This document shows positions 29,253 through 39,604 of a stretch of 64,000 nucleotides of DNA, piece by piece; position 1 is the first letter of the stretch, and each line of letters starts with the position of its first letter. The stretch spans positions 1 to 64,000 of the forward strand of contig CAZUFC010000025.1 of assembly GCA_964619725.1 (NCBI GenBank), in the 5' to 3' direction. Source of the stretch: an uncultured bacterium (GTDB lineage: Bacteria > CSSED10-310 > CAZUFC01). The translations under genes and the position numbers were made by a program. The notes beneath the pieces are model-generated. The model was not told where the DNA came from. It worked only from the letters and a program-made list of their open reading frames with translations, and ran no database searches.

Positions 29253-30416
29253 TCAATTTTTGATATTGGAAATTGCTTTTACCGCCGCGTCGTTAAAGTC
29301 TGAGGCTGTAATGATTTTAATATTCGATCTTTCCAGGATCGCCTTTCCTTCCTTCATGTTTGTTCCTTCAAGTCTGACGATGAGAGGAACTTTCAGGTCG
29401 ACTTCCTTGAGAGCCGTCAGAATACCTTCGGCGATGACGTCGCATTTCATGATTCCGCCGAAAATATTGACCAGGACCGCTTTCACGTTAGGGTCCTGAG
29501 TAAGAATTTTAAAGGCTTCCGTAACTTGATCGGTACTTGCGCTCCCTCCTACGTCCAGGAAATTCGCCGGTTCCGCGCCGTGCAGTTTAATGATGTCCAT
29601 GGTAGCCATCGCCAGCCCCGCTCCATTGACCAGGCAGCCGATATTACCGTCAAGAGAAATATAACTCAGTCCGTTTTCCCTGGCAACTACCTCCTTCGGG
29701 TTCTCTTCGGTAACGTCTCTCAATTCAACGATATCAGCATGTCTGAACAATGAATTGTCGTCGAAATTCAGCTTGGCATCCAGCGCTAGCATATCGCCCT
29801 GTTTCGTGACGACCAGCGGGTTGATTTCCGCCAGCGAGCAATCATTGGCCAGGAATGCCCGGTAAAGGTTTGTGATCATCTTAAGGGCCGATTTGAATGT
29901 CTTTTTTTCTCGCAGGCCGAGTTTAAAAGCCATTCGTCTCGCCTGGTAGGACATCAATCCCACGGCCGGATCAACGAATTCCTTGTATATTTTTTCCGGG
30001 GTCTCAGCAGCGACCTTCTCTATTTCCATACCGCCTTCCGAGCTGCCCATTACGGCGACGCGATTAGTGCTTCTGTCGATGACCATTCCCAGATATAGTT
30101 CCCGGTCAATATCACAGGCTTGTTCTATTAAGACTTTGCGAACTTCTTTGCCCTCGGGGGCCTGATGCGTCTTAAGAAGCATTCCCAGAATGTTTCCGGC
30201 ATGAGAACGAACCTCCTGCTCCGATGAAGCCAGTTTGATGCCGCCCGCCTTTCCACGGCCCCCGGCATGCACCTGCGCTTTAACTACCCATTTGTCGCCT
30301 CCGATGCGGGAGGCCGCTTCCGCCGCTTCCTCGACTGAAGCCGCTACCGCTCCGGCAGGAACAGGAACATTGAATTTCCTCAGTATATCTTTTGCTTGAT
30401 ATTCGTGTACTTTCAT
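29253..30416 (-). CDS. sucC: Succinyl-CoA synthetase beta subunit
   Basis: [33 protein letters not shown]. Confidence 0.96.
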   Translation of the reverse strand: MKVHEYQAKDILRKFNVPVPAGAVAASVEEAAEAASRIGGDKWVVKAQVHAGGRGKAGGIKLASSEQEVRSHAGNILGMLLKTHQAPEGKEVRKVLIEQACDIDRELYLGMVIDRSTNRVAVMGSSEGGMEIEKVAAETPEKIYKEFVDPAVGLMSYQARRMAFKLGLREKKTFKSALKMITNLYRAFLANDCSLAEINPLVVTKQGDMLALDAKLNFDDNSLFRHADIVELRDVTEENPKEVVARENGLSYISLDGNIGCLVNGAGLAMATMDIIKLHGAEPANFLDVGGSASTDQVTEAFKILTQDPNVKAVLVNIFGGIMKCDVIAEGILTALKEVDLKVPLIVRLEGTNMKEGKAILERSNIKIITASDFNDAAVKAISNIKN

Positions 30417-30427
30417 CCTATTTCTCG

Positions 30428-31012
30428 CTAGTATTTAATTTCAAGGATTCTTCCTGCCGCTTCAGAAGATTCTTGCTCCACCTTCCGATGCAAACTTTGC
30501 CCATACGAATCCATGGTTACGACTACGGGAAATCTTTCCACTTCCAGCACCCACAATGCTTCAGGAGTGCCGAATTCTTCCAGTTTAAAGACTTTTTTAA
30601 CTTTTTTTATGGATTCCGCCAGAACAACAGCCAGTCCGCCTATCGCATGGAAATATACCGCTCCGTATTCGCTGCACGCTTCCAGCGTCCGGTCTCCCAT
30701 GCCTCCTTTGCCTATGATCCCGACTACTCCATATTCCTTTATCACGTCCGCTTCATACGGTTCTTCGCGAATGCTGGTCGTCGGACCGGCTGCAACGACT
30801 TTCCAACCCTCGTCTGTCTTCTTCATTATAGGGCCGCAATGATAAATAACCGAACCCCGCAGGAAGTCTCTCAGTTCTTCCGGCTTTTCCTCCACCATGT
30901 ATTTATGAGCGGCGTCGCGGGCGGTAACGATCTGTCCGGTCAGCGCCGCTTCATCGCCTACTTTGAGTTCTCTGATTCTTTTTTCCGTGGTCGGTAATTC
31001 AATTTCAATCAT
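30428..31012 (-). CDS. Class I Fe-S fumarate hydratase beta subunit (FumA C-terminal / TtdB family)
   Basis: TARDAAH, YHCGP, GPTTS.R, IGKGG. Confidence 0.92.
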   Translation of the reverse strand: MIEIELPTTEKRIRELKVGDEAALTGQIVTARDAAHKYMVEEKPEELRDFLRGSVIYHCGPIMKKTDEGWKVVAAGPTTSIREEPYEADVIKEYGVVGIIGKGGMGDRTLEACSEYGAVYFHAIGGLAVVLAESIKKVKKVFKLEEFGTPEALWVLEVERFPVVVTMDSYGQSLHRKVEQESSEAAGRILEIKY

Positions 31013-31868
31013 ACGTCACGCCACCTCCCGAATCGATAATCATTGTGCGGCGCCGGCAAGCCCAGCACATATAGGAAACGGATACGAAAAAACAGGCCGG
31101 GTGACGCACCATGGCGCCCAGTTTGACGCCGAGAACGGTGGTTTTTCCGCCGAAACCCATGGGGCCTATGCCCAGCGAATTCAATTCATCCGTCAATTTG
31201 GATTCCATTTTCGCCAGGGCCGCATTCTCGTTTTCATCGTCAAGCAATCTGAAAAACTGCTCCTTCGACAACCGATAAGAGGTCATCCTGTCGCCGCCTA
31301 TGCCTGCTCCTACCGTGCCCGGCGCGCATCCTTTGCCCTGAGCGGACACGATTGCATCGATAATGCATTTTCTGACTCCCTCAAGGTCCCGGCCGGCATT
31401 CAGCCTGCTGTCCGGCAATTTGTATTGAACGCCTACATTCTCGCTTCCCCCGCCTTTCAACATAAGACGGATTCGCAAGTCCTCCCTCTCCCACTGCTTG
31501 AAAGATATGTAAGGCGCTCCGGTTCCTGTGCCGTCGCCCACATTCTTCCCGCTTATCACGTCCACCGTGTTCGGCCTTAAATAACACTTCGCCGTTGCCT
31601 CCCTGACGGCTTCCGTGATCAGCTCTTTCAATCCATTCTGCTTTCGCGATACGGGATGATCAACATAAAATAACGTAGTCCCCGTATCCTGGCACATCGG
31701 GACGGATTGTTCTCGAGCAAGCTCTATATTTTCCAGTATCCTGTTTAGCGTACTGCGAGCCAGACTCCCTTCCTGCTCCTCCGATGCCGCCGTCCTTATC
31801 CGATTCTCAACATCAACGGGCAAATCCGTCGATGTCCTCCTGATTAGTTCGACAATTTCTTCCTTCAT
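31005..31868 (-). CDS. Class I Fe-S fumarate hydratase alpha subunit (FumA N-terminal / TtdA family)
   Basis: PMCQDTG, KGGGSEN, GIGPMGFGG, HPA, CWA.R. Confidence 0.92.
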   Translation of the reverse strand: MKEEIVELIRRTSTDLPVDVENRIRTAASEEQEGSLARSTLNRILENIELAREQSVPMCQDTGTTLFYVDHPVSRKQNGLKELITEAVREATAKCYLRPNTVDVISGKNVGDGTGTGAPYISFKQWEREDLRIRLMLKGGGSENVGVQYKLPDSRLNAGRDLEGVRKCIIDAIVSAQGKGCAPGTVGAGIGGDRMTSYRLSKEQFFRLLDDENENAALAKMESKLTDELNSLGIGPMGFGGKTTVLGVKLGAMVRHPACFFVSVSYMCWACRRRTMIIDSGGGVTYD

Positions 31869-32006
31869 GATGCATAACTGCTTCCTGAGGCGTTAAAATT
31901 TCTCGCTCCTACGTCCTCCTTGATAAAAACCGCAGGATTACTAAACTCTTCGATTAAGCGTCATCCGTAATCGACGACAATGGGGATTACGGATGATGCG
32001 GACGGT

Positions 32007-32035
32007 AACATAAAGATGAATACTTGTAAAGTGAA
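32007..32035 (-). promoter_or_regulatory. Candidate promoter of the fum-sucCD operon
   Basis: Minus strand TTCACT-N17-TATGTT; a 15-bp inverted repeat (31958-31999) lies just downstream. Confidence 0.3.
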
Positions 32036-32534
32036 AAAACCTGAGAATACTCTATTTTTTTAAGCGAGTTCAATTTTTCCGACGAAACCGGTCTGTTTCT
32101 TCATCAAAGTAAAACGGGAAATTATCTTTATCAGGTTTTATGACTATTCAGCGCCTGTGGGCAGTTGTCCTAACAGTCGCCCGATTATTCGCATCTATCG
32201 GGAAAATCGTTCCAACTTCTGGAAGAGCTGCTGACGGTATAGCGTTAAGAAGCATTTCCGGTTTTTTAGACTTGAATAACATCCTGTTCGCAACAGAGAG
32301 AATTTTTTGCAGAATGAGCAAAAGGATGGCTGGTTCGGGACTGAGTTCCGGTTTTAAAATGGAGGAGTACAGCAAGCAGGCGACATGATTTGAATATATC
32401 TGAGTAGCCTTTAAATTATAGATTTTAAATAGGAAACTGAGTCAAAAGGCTGGAGAAGAGGTATTATTTTTGTCCGGCGGCGGCGAGAAAGCAAAAAAAC
32501 TTTGAATTAGAGGAGAATTTAACAAAAATAAGTG

Positions 32535-32564
32535 TTGATATGAAGGTGAGGAATTTGCTATGTT
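32535..32564 (+). promoter_or_regulatory. Candidate promoter of the hydrogenase operon
   Basis: TTGATA-N18-TATGTT with TGn extended -10. Confidence 0.4.
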
Positions 32565-32772
32565 GCGTATGGTCCCGATTTCCGAAGAGGGACTGCCGGT
32601 TAAGAAATTTTGGCGCAAATCCGTTTTCTGTCTGGTGCGTTATTTAGGATTTAAGGAGGAATGAGAGACAAGGCGAAAGGTAGGAATAGAAGAGTGAAGG
32701 GAAAGTTTACGCCAAATTTTCATAAAATTTTTTATTTTTTTCAGGAGAAGAACTAATTAAAGGAGGTTGCGC

Positions 32773-33765
32773 ATGGCGAAACCAAAGGTAGGCTTTTACT
32801 GGTGCGCATCGTGCGGAGGGTGTGAGGAAGCGGTAGTAGACCTGGCGGAGGACATCCTGACGGTCGTGGATGCGGTAGACATAGTCTTTTGGCCTGTGGC
32901 GATGGATTTCAAGAAGAAGGACGTGGAGGCGATGGCCGACGGCGAGCTGGCAGTAAGTTTCATCAATGGAGGAGTTCGGAACGACGAGCACGAGGAGATG
33001 GTTAAGTTACTGAGGCGGAAGAGCGGATTAGTGGTAGCATTCGGGGCCTGTGCGCATTTAGGAGGCATTCCGGGGTTAGCCAATTTTTCGAATCGCGAGC
33101 TGGTGTTTGAGCGAGCGTATAAGAAGACGGCATCGACGCATAATCCGGATTACGTAACGCCACAGACGAAGAGCAGCGTGAACGGCAAGGAGTTGGAGCT
33201 TCCATTGTTTTGGGACACGTTGCATCCCTTGGATCATATAATCGATGTAGATTACTATTTGCCGGGATGTGCGCCGCCGCCGGATTTAATAATGGATGCA
33301 GTGACGGCCATATTAAAGGGAGAGCTTCCGGAGAAGGGAGCGGTATTGTCGCCGAACAAGTCTTTATGCGATACGTGTCCGCGTTCGGAGAGCAAGCCTG
33401 ATAAGCTGATGATGAAGGACATCAAGCGTCCTTATGAGGTCATTTTAGACCCAGAGAAATGTTTTCTTGAGCAAGGTGTGATATGTTTAGGAATATCGAC
33501 GAGGACGGGATGCGGGGAGCGCTGCATCAACGCGAACATGCCGTGTCGAGGATGTTTCGGGCCGTTGGACGGAATCCAGGACCATGGGGCCAAGACATTG
33601 TCGGCCATAGCGTCTTTAGTGGGTATAGAAGGTGAGGAGAGCATGAGCGAGGAAGAGGTGCAGACGCAGATAGAAAAGATCAAGGACCCTGCAGGACTGT
33701 TCTATATGTATGGGTTGGCATCTTCTTTACTCGGAAGGAAACGCATTAAAGGAGGAAAAGCATAA
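32773..33765 (+). CDS. mvhG: Group 3c [NiFe]-hydrogenase small subunit
   Basis: WCASCGGCE, GACAHLGGIPGL, PGCAP, CFLEQG..CLG..TR.GC...C.....PCRGC. Confidence 0.92.
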   Translation: MAKPKVGFYWCASCGGCEEAVVDLAEDILTVVDAVDIVFWPVAMDFKKKDVEAMADGELAVSFINGGVRNDEHEEMVKLLRRKSGLVVAFGACAHLGGIPGLANFSNRELVFERAYKKTASTHNPDYVTPQTKSSVNGKELELPLFWDTLHPLDHIIDVDYYLPGCAPPPDLIMDAVTAILKGELPEKGAVLSPNKSLCDTCPRSESKPDKLMMKDIKRPYEVILDPEKCFLEQGVICLGISTRTGCGERCINANMPCRGCFGPLDGIQDHGAKTLSAIASLVGIEGEESMSEEEVQTQIEKIKDPAGLFYMYGLASSLLGRKRIKGGKA

Positions 33766-35222
33766 TGAAAAGGGTAACCATAGACCCGATCACCAGGCTG
33801 GAGGGCCACGGCAAGATAGAGATATTTCTTGATGATACGGGCAATGTGGACAAGGCATTTCTGCAGATACCCGAATTAAGGGGATTTGAGGAATTTTCAG
33901 TGGGCCGTATGGCGGAAGAGATGCCCCGGATTACGCCCAAGATATGCGGGGTATGTCCGACGACGCATCACATGGCTTCAGGAAAAACGCTGGACGACCT
34001 GTTTAACGTGGACCCGCCTGCAGCGGCCAAGAAGATTCGCGAGTTGATAAACTGTGCGTTCATGGCTGAGGATCACATACTGCATTTTTATTTTCTGGGC
34101 GGACCTGATTTCGTGGTAGGTCCGGATGCTCCGGCTGCGGAACGCAATATTCTCGGCGTGATCAGCAAGGCGGGAATAGAGGCCGGCAAGAAGGTCATCG
34201 ACATAAGGAAGAAGCTTCGCAACATAATAACGAAGCAGGGCGGTCGTGTGATTCATCCCGTATGCAATCTGCCCGGCGGCGTATCCAAGGGAGTGACGCG
34301 TGAGGACCGGGAGGAGTACATAGCCATAGGGAAGGAAGCGATAGAGTTTGCGCAGTTTTCGTTGAAGCTTTTCGACGACATAGTGTTGAAGAATCAGAGT
34401 TACGTTGATACGATCGTGGGCGATGTTTACAAGCACAACACCTATTACATGGGTCTGGTCGACGGGAACAACAAGGTGAATTTTTACGACGGCGACATCC
34501 GCGTGGTTGACCCTGAAGGAACGGAATACGTCAAGTTCAAGCCGAGCGAGTATCTGGAACACATTGAAGAGCATGTGGAGCCGTGGAGTTATATCAAGTT
34601 TCCATATTTAAAGAATATTGGCTGGAAAGGATTCGTGGACGGCAAGGAGAGCGGAGTTTACCGCGTAGCGCCGCTGGCGCGATTGAATGCTGCAGACGGT
34701 ATGGCGACGCCTCTGGCGCAGGCTGAATACGACAAGATGTACGAAGTTCTGGGCGGCAAACCGGCTCATAATACTCTGGCTTATCATTGGGCCCGGCTGG
34801 TGGAAGTCCTCTATGCAGCCGAGAGATTGCTGGAATTGGCGGAAGATGAAGAAATACTTGATCCGACGGTGAGGAAGATACCGGAATCAGAGCCGAATGA
34901 AGGAATAGGAGTGGTGGAAGCGCCGCGGGGCACGCTTTTTCACCATTACAAGTCGGACAAGGACGGCATACTGACGGATGTAAATTTAATTGTAGCGACA
35001 GTCAACAATTCTGCAGCATTGTGCATGTCTGTAGCCAAAGCCGCTTCAGGCGTCATCAAAAACGGCGAAGTGACGGACGGCGCTCTCAACATGGTCGAAA
35101 TGGCCTTCCGCGCTTATGATCCGTGTATGGCGTGCGCGACGCATTCGCTGCCTGGCCAGACGCCGTTGGAAGTGAAGATACGCGATCCCAGGGGAAGAAC
35201 GCTCAAAACTTTGCGACGTTAG
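33765..35222 (+). CDS. mvhA: Group 3c [NiFe]-hydrogenase large subunit (all-Cys active site)
   Basis: DPITRLEGHG, RGFE, ICGVCP, EAPRG, RAYDPCMACATH followed by a cleavable extension. Confidence 0.95.
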   Translation: MKRVTIDPITRLEGHGKIEIFLDDTGNVDKAFLQIPELRGFEEFSVGRMAEEMPRITPKICGVCPTTHHMASGKTLDDLFNVDPPAAAKKIRELINCAFMAEDHILHFYFLGGPDFVVGPDAPAAERNILGVISKAGIEAGKKVIDIRKKLRNIITKQGGRVIHPVCNLPGGVSKGVTREDREEYIAIGKEAIEFAQFSLKLFDDIVLKNQSYVDTIVGDVYKHNTYYMGLVDGNNKVNFYDGDIRVVDPEGTEYVKFKPSEYLEHIEEHVEPWSYIKFPYLKNIGWKGFVDGKESGVYRVAPLARLNAADGMATPLAQAEYDKMYEVLGGKPAHNTLAYHWARLVEVLYAAERLLELAEDEEILDPTVRKIPESEPNEGIGVVEAPRGTLFHHYKSDKDGILTDVNLIVATVNNSAALCMSVAKAASGVIKNGEVTDGALNMVEMAFRAYDPCMACATHSLPGQTPLEVKIRDPRGRTLKTLRR

Positions 35223-35256
35223 CATTTCCGAAAGGGGAAATTATCATCTCGATATT

Positions 35257-35712
35257 ATGAGAACGTTAGTATTGGGTTTGGGCAATCCGATTTTATCGGA
35301 TGATTCTGTGGGAATAAAAGTGGCGCAGATGCTCAAAAAGGCGGACCCGCCTTTAAAAGCGGAGATAAAAGAGGCGTGTGCGGGGGGGCTTACTATCCTG
35401 GACGAACTGGACGGTTTCGACCGGGTGATACTGGTGGACTCGATAAAGACGGGTAAAGCTTCCCCGGGAACGATTTACAGGCTGAAAGAGGAGGATTTCA
35501 ACAGCACGACGCAGTTGTCCGATTCCCATGGCATTGATTTTTTCACAGCGATTGAGATGGGGCGGATATATGGTTGTAAAATGCCGGAGTTAATCGACAT
35601 TTTCGCTGTTGAGGTGGAAGATAACGTTACCTTTAGCGAAGACTGCACTGACAAGGTGATGGAGAGTATCCCCATATTAGTGCGTCAGATAACGGAGGAG
35701 GTAAGCCGTTAA
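35257..35712 (+). CDS. Hydrogenase maturation protease
   Basis: LGLGNPILSDDSVG, VILVD, SH motif. Confidence 0.92.
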   Translation: MRTLVLGLGNPILSDDSVGIKVAQMLKKADPPLKAEIKEACAGGLTILDELDGFDRVILVDSIKTGKASPGTIYRLKEEDFNSTTQLSDSHGIDFFTAIEMGRIYGCKMPELIDIFAVEVEDNVTFSEDCTDKVMESIPILVRQITEEVSR

Positions 35713-37157
35713 TGGAAATAGATTTTGATCGATTAGAAAAAATTGTCGGACCGCAGAACGTGAGAAAGGACCCTGTGGATTTGTACATTTATGGAACGGA
35801 TTCTTCAGTGCACGGGGTTCCTGCGAGCGTAGTGGTAAGGCCTGAAAGCACAGAGCAAGTGCAGGAAGTGCTGCGTTACGCTAATTCCGCGGTCATTCCG
35901 GTTACGGCTCGCGGGGGCGGTTCCGGCATGTCGGGCCAGGCGATTCCGATGCGCGGCGGAATAGTGTTGGATTTAAAGCGGATGAACCGCATTCTTGATA
36001 TAAGACCGGCCGATACGTTATGCGTCGTTGAAGCCGGGGTTGTGGACGACGACCTTAACCGCGCTCTGAAGCCTTACGGGGTTTTCTGGCCTGCGGCTCC
36101 CGCTTCGAGTCGCGTGGCGACTATCGGCGGCGAGATCGTCAACAACGCCAGCGGATTGCGTTCCGTCAAATACGGGGCGACAAGAGATTCTGTATTGGGA
36201 ATGAAGGTCGTTATGGCCAACGGCGATTTGATTAAATTGGGAGCAAACACGCGAGTAGAAGCTTCAGGGTATCAGCTTGACAGACTCATGGTCGGGTCGG
36301 AGGGCACCCTCGGCATCGTCGTAGAAGCCACCCTCAAAATAGTGCCCCTGCCGAAATTCAGATGCATGGGGGTTTCCTATTTCAAGGAACTGGAGCATGC
36401 AGGTGACGCTATTACGGACATTATTTCAAAGGGATGTCAGCCGTCGGTCCTGGAACTGATGGACGACGTAGCCATCGTTGCGGTGAATCGCGCCCTGGAT
36501 ATGGGCTTGCCGGAAGTTGAAGCTCTGCTCTTTTTTGAAGCGGACGGCATGGTTAAAGAAGTAGTGGATTATGAAATGGACAGAATGAAGACTCTATGTG
36601 AAGAAAAGGGCGGCTTCGGCATTCATATGAGTTACGATGCCAAGGAAAGAACCAAAATTTTCTCTTCGCGGAAGAAACTTTTCCCTGCATTATCTCAGTA
36701 TAGAGACGATCTGGCGTGCACATCTCTGGCCGATGATATGGCCGTCCCTTATTCTCGTATGGCGGAACTGGCCCGGAAAATACATGAAATTGCGGATAAA
36801 AATAACGTGGTGATGACGGCATACGGCCACTGCGGTTCAGGTTGCATGCATACCAAGATATTGATGGACCCGACCAAGGAATCGCAATGGGACGATGCCA
36901 GAAGAGCTGTCCAGGAAACTTATGATTATGTTTATTCCCTGGGCGGAACTACTTCAGCAGAACATGGGATCGGGCTGTCCAAAGCTCCTTCCTTCAAGAA
37001 AGAAAAGGCGGATTCGCTGGCCGTAATGAAGGCCGTCAAGAAGGCGCTTGACCCTAATAACATTCTGAACCCTGACAAGATGCAGGATGCCCCTGATGAT
37101 TGGGTTACGGCGACCAAGCTTCGTTATAACGTGTGCGGATGCTCCGGTTACTATTAG
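35712..37157 (+). CDS. FAD-linked 2-hydroxyacid dehydrogenase, GlcD/D-lactate dehydrogenase family
   Basis: ARGGGSGMSG, ATIGG...NASG...KYG, GSEGTLGI, GH.G.G..H, SAEHGIG, LDP.NILNP.K. Confidence 0.9.
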   Translation: MEIDFDRLEKIVGPQNVRKDPVDLYIYGTDSSVHGVPASVVVRPESTEQVQEVLRYANSAVIPVTARGGGSGMSGQAIPMRGGIVLDLKRMNRILDIRPADTLCVVEAGVVDDDLNRALKPYGVFWPAAPASSRVATIGGEIVNNASGLRSVKYGATRDSVLGMKVVMANGDLIKLGANTRVEASGYQLDRLMVGSEGTLGIVVEATLKIVPLPKFRCMGVSYFKELEHAGDAITDIISKGCQPSVLELMDDVAIVAVNRALDMGLPEVEALLFFEADGMVKEVVDYEMDRMKTLCEEKGGFGIHMSYDAKERTKIFSSRKKLFPALSQYRDDLACTSLADDMAVPYSRMAELARKIHEIADKNNVVMTAYGHCGSGCMHTKILMDPTKESQWDDARRAVQETYDYVYSLGGTTSAEHGIGLSKAPSFKKEKADSLAVMKAVKKALDPNNILNPDKMQDAPDDWVTATKLRYNVCGCSGYY

Positions 37158-37181
37158 GGGATTGAGGATAGAGGAGGAACA

Positions 37182-37730
37182 ATGGAATTCAAGAATTCGG
37201 AAAAATGGAGATGCAAATTAAATGCGTGCATCAGGTGCGGGTATTGCTATGAAAATTGTCATTTGTTCCGCGTAAGCGGATGGGAAACGGATACGTCGCG
37301 GTCCAAGTTGGTGATGCTGCACGGTATAATGGAGGGCGACCTGGAACCGACGGAATATGCTGTCGAGAAGTTCTTCCAATGTTACATGTGCAAGCGGTGC
37401 GATACTACATGTTCCGCCAAGGTCCCCGTTACGGATATTTTCAAGGATGCGCGGGCTGATTTCATTGAAGCCGGCTTTGATCCGGTAGGAACCATATCTC
37501 AAACGGATGAAGATGTCTGCTGCAGGTGTCAGATATGCATTTCCGTCTGCAAGCATGAAGCTCGTTCCTATGACAAGGAAAACGATAAAATCGTGGTGGA
37601 CAAGGTTAAATGTGAAAGTTGCGGCTGTTGCGTCGCGGCATGCCCTTCGGGAGCTGCCTATAGTCCGGAGGGTTTTGGCGTCAGTCAAAAAGAATTGCGA
37701 GAACAGGTTGTTGTTTTTCTGGGAGGATAA
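37182..37730 (+). CDS. Chimeric Fe-S protein: GlcF/HdrD-type N-terminal dicluster plus HdrA-type C-terminal ferredoxin
   Basis: CIRCGYC...C...ETDTSRSK and CYMCKRC...C (GlcF-like); DEDVCCRCQICISVC and CESCGCCVAACPSGA (HdrA C-terminus-like); no CCG domain. Confidence 0.8.
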   Translation: MEFKNSEKWRCKLNACIRCGYCYENCHLFRVSGWETDTSRSKLVMLHGIMEGDLEPTEYAVEKFFQCYMCKRCDTTCSAKVPVTDIFKDARADFIEAGFDPVGTISQTDEDVCCRCQICISVCKHEARSYDKENDKIVVDKVKCESCGCCVAACPSGAAYSPEGFGVSQKELREQVVVFLGG

Positions 37731-37735
37731 TTAAT

Positions 37736-38128
37736 ATGAGCGACCGAAAAACCATTATTTTCTTTTGTGAGTGGTCATCGCATCCCGGTCTGAAACTGTC
37801 GCGTTATGCCGAAGAGGAATCCGGCAAGGAACAAAAAATGATCGTCAGCATGTGCCAGGGAAGGGTTTCCCCGGAATTGATCCTGGAAGCCTTCGGAAAG
37901 GGCGCCTGGGGCGTCATGCTGGCCAGTTGCCCGCCGGATGAATGCGAACATGATGCTAATTACAAGGCGCGCCGCAGAATTCTGTTGACGCAAAAAGTCC
38001 TGGAACAATTCGGTATAGAAAAGGATCGGCTTCAAATGGAGTGGATCAGCAAGGGAGACGCCGCCGCTTTCGATAAAGCAGTTCTCAACTTCGAAAGTCA
38101 CATCACTGAACTGGGGCCGCCGCTTTGA
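37736..38128 (+). CDS. mvhD: Divergent MvhD/FlpD subunit
   Basis: FFCEW, MCQGRV, GA.GV...SCPPDECEH, N.KARRR, GIEKDRL..EWIS. Confidence 0.85.
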   Translation: MSDRKTIIFFCEWSSHPGLKLSRYAEEESGKEQKMIVSMCQGRVSPELILEAFGKGAWGVMLASCPPDECEHDANYKARRRILLTQKVLEQFGIEKDRLQMEWISKGDAAAFDKAVLNFESHITELGPPL

Positions 38129-38188
38129 TTAATCTTATGACTTGAAGGGAAAAGGTTCTGCTGCCGCTTCCTGATTCTGAAAGTTATC

Positions 38189-38227
38189 AAATGCCGGAAG
38201 TCTGGTCGAACCAGGCTTCCGGCATTT
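38189..38227. terminator. Bidirectional intrinsic terminator
   Basis: AAATGCCGGAAG / CTTCCGGCATTT arms with additional inner pairing, between convergent genes. Confidence 0.75.
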
Positions 38228-39604
38228 TTAGTCGGAAATCCAAACAGTCTTGATATTGACGAATTCTCGTATGCCCTCTTCGGAAAGCTCTCTCCCGTAA
38301 CCGGATTCTTTTATGCCGCCGAAGGGAAGCCGTGGGTCCGATTTAACCATTCCGTTGACGAATATGCAGCCGGCATTTATTTTTGAGGCCAGCCCGGCGC
38401 CCAGTTTCGTATCGGCGGTCCAGACGGAAGCGCCCAATCCGTAAGGGGTATGATTGGCCAGTCTGACGGCATCTTCAGTATCCCTGGCTTCAATAACCGC
38501 TGCAACCGGACCGAAAGTTTCTTCATCAGCCGCCGGCATACCGGGCGCGACGCGGGTCAGCATCGTCGCAGGATAGAAATACCCTTTGCCTTCAGGAACT
38601 TTTCCGCCCAGCACAACCTCAGCCCCCTTCTCAACAGACTCCGTTACCTGCCTGTGCAATTTATTCCTCAGGTCTTCACGAGCGAGAGGTCCGATATCAG
38701 CGTCATCCTGCAGAGGATCGCCCATTTTGAGTCTGGCGAGTCCTTTTTTCATAAGGTCGCAAAATTCTTCCCAAACCTCTTTGACAACAATAAAACGCTT
38801 CGCCGCAATGCAACTCTGCCCGGAATTCAACGCCCTGGATTGAACTCCGGTCTCAGCCGCTCGTTTCAAATCAGCATCCTTGAGGACGATAAAAGGGTCG
38901 CTGCCTCCCAATTCCATTACTGTCTTTTTCAGCGCACGACCCGCTGTAGAAGCAACGCTTCGGCCTGCCCTGTCGCTTCCCGTTAAAGTGACGGCGCTGA
39001 CGGCGTTATGACTTATAATATCGCCTACATCCTCTTCTGAAACGAAAAGATTTACAAAAACGCCTTCAGGAAAACCGGCCTCACGGAAAATCCCTTCAAT
39101 GGCCTGGGCGCACTGGGGAACGTTCGGCGCATGCTTCAACAAAGCAGCGTTGCCCGCCGTCAGCGCCGGCGCCGCAAATCGGAATACCTGCCAGAATGGA
39201 AAATTCCAGGGCATTATCGCCAGTATCACTCCCAGAGGATCGTAACGAACGTAACTCTCTTTCGCATCAGAACTCTTGCGGCGGCTCAACAGAAATTCTT
39301 CCGCATTATCCGCGAAATAACGGCATACCCAGGCGCATTTCGCCGCTTCACCCTGCGCTTCCTTTATAGGCTTGCCCATCTCGACCGTCATCAGCTCACC
39401 CAATCGTCTCTTCTCGTCCTCAAGCAGGTCCGCCGCCTTGTGCAGAAGCTCGGTTCTTTTTTTCAAAGGCGTTTCTCGCCACGAATCGAAAGCTCTTGAC
39501 GCAGTTCCCAATAATACCTTCGTCTCCTCTTTGCTTATACATTCAAACTCTTTTAATACCTCGCCGCTTGATGGATTTCGTGAGATAAAATTCCTTGCGC
39601 TCAT
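38228..39604 (-). CDS. NAD(P)-dependent succinate-semialdehyde dehydrogenase (Sad/GabD1-like)
   Basis: IMPWNFPFWQ, LTGS, ELGGSDP, GQSCIAAKR, EETFGP, PFGG.K.SG.GRE. Confidence 0.88.
   Translation of the reverse strand: MSARNFISRNPSSGEVLKEFECISKEETKVLLGTASRAFDSWRETPLKKRTELLHKAADLLEDEKRRLGELMTVEMGKPIKEAQGEAAKCAWVCRYFADNAEEFLLSRRKSSDAKESYVRYDPLGVILAIMPWNFPFWQVFRFAAPALTAGNAALLKHAPNVPQCAQAIEGIFREAGFPEGVFVNLFVSEEDVGDIISHNAVSAVTLTGSDRAGRSVASTAGRALKKTVMELGGSDPFIVLKDADLKRAAETGVQSRALNSGQSCIAAKRFIVVKEVWEEFCDLMKKGLARLKMGDPLQDDADIGPLAREDLRNKLHRQVTESVEKGAEVVLGGKVPEGKGYFYPATMLTRVAPGMPAADEETFGPVAAVIEARDTEDAVRLANHTPYGLGASVWTADTKLGAGLASKINAGCIFVNGMVKSDPRLPFGGIKESGYGRELSEEGIREFVNIKTVWISD

Noticed and set aside
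32140-32388. Small ORFs in intergenic regions (also 2450-2644, 39681-39878, 59277-59570)
   Set aside because: No RBS or motif support; they lie in promoter or terminator regions
33765-35222. NiFeSe hydrogenase or Sec-containing HdrA/MvhD
   Set aside because: MvhA ends DPCMAC and all Hdr/Mvh ORFs are uninterrupted Cys versions
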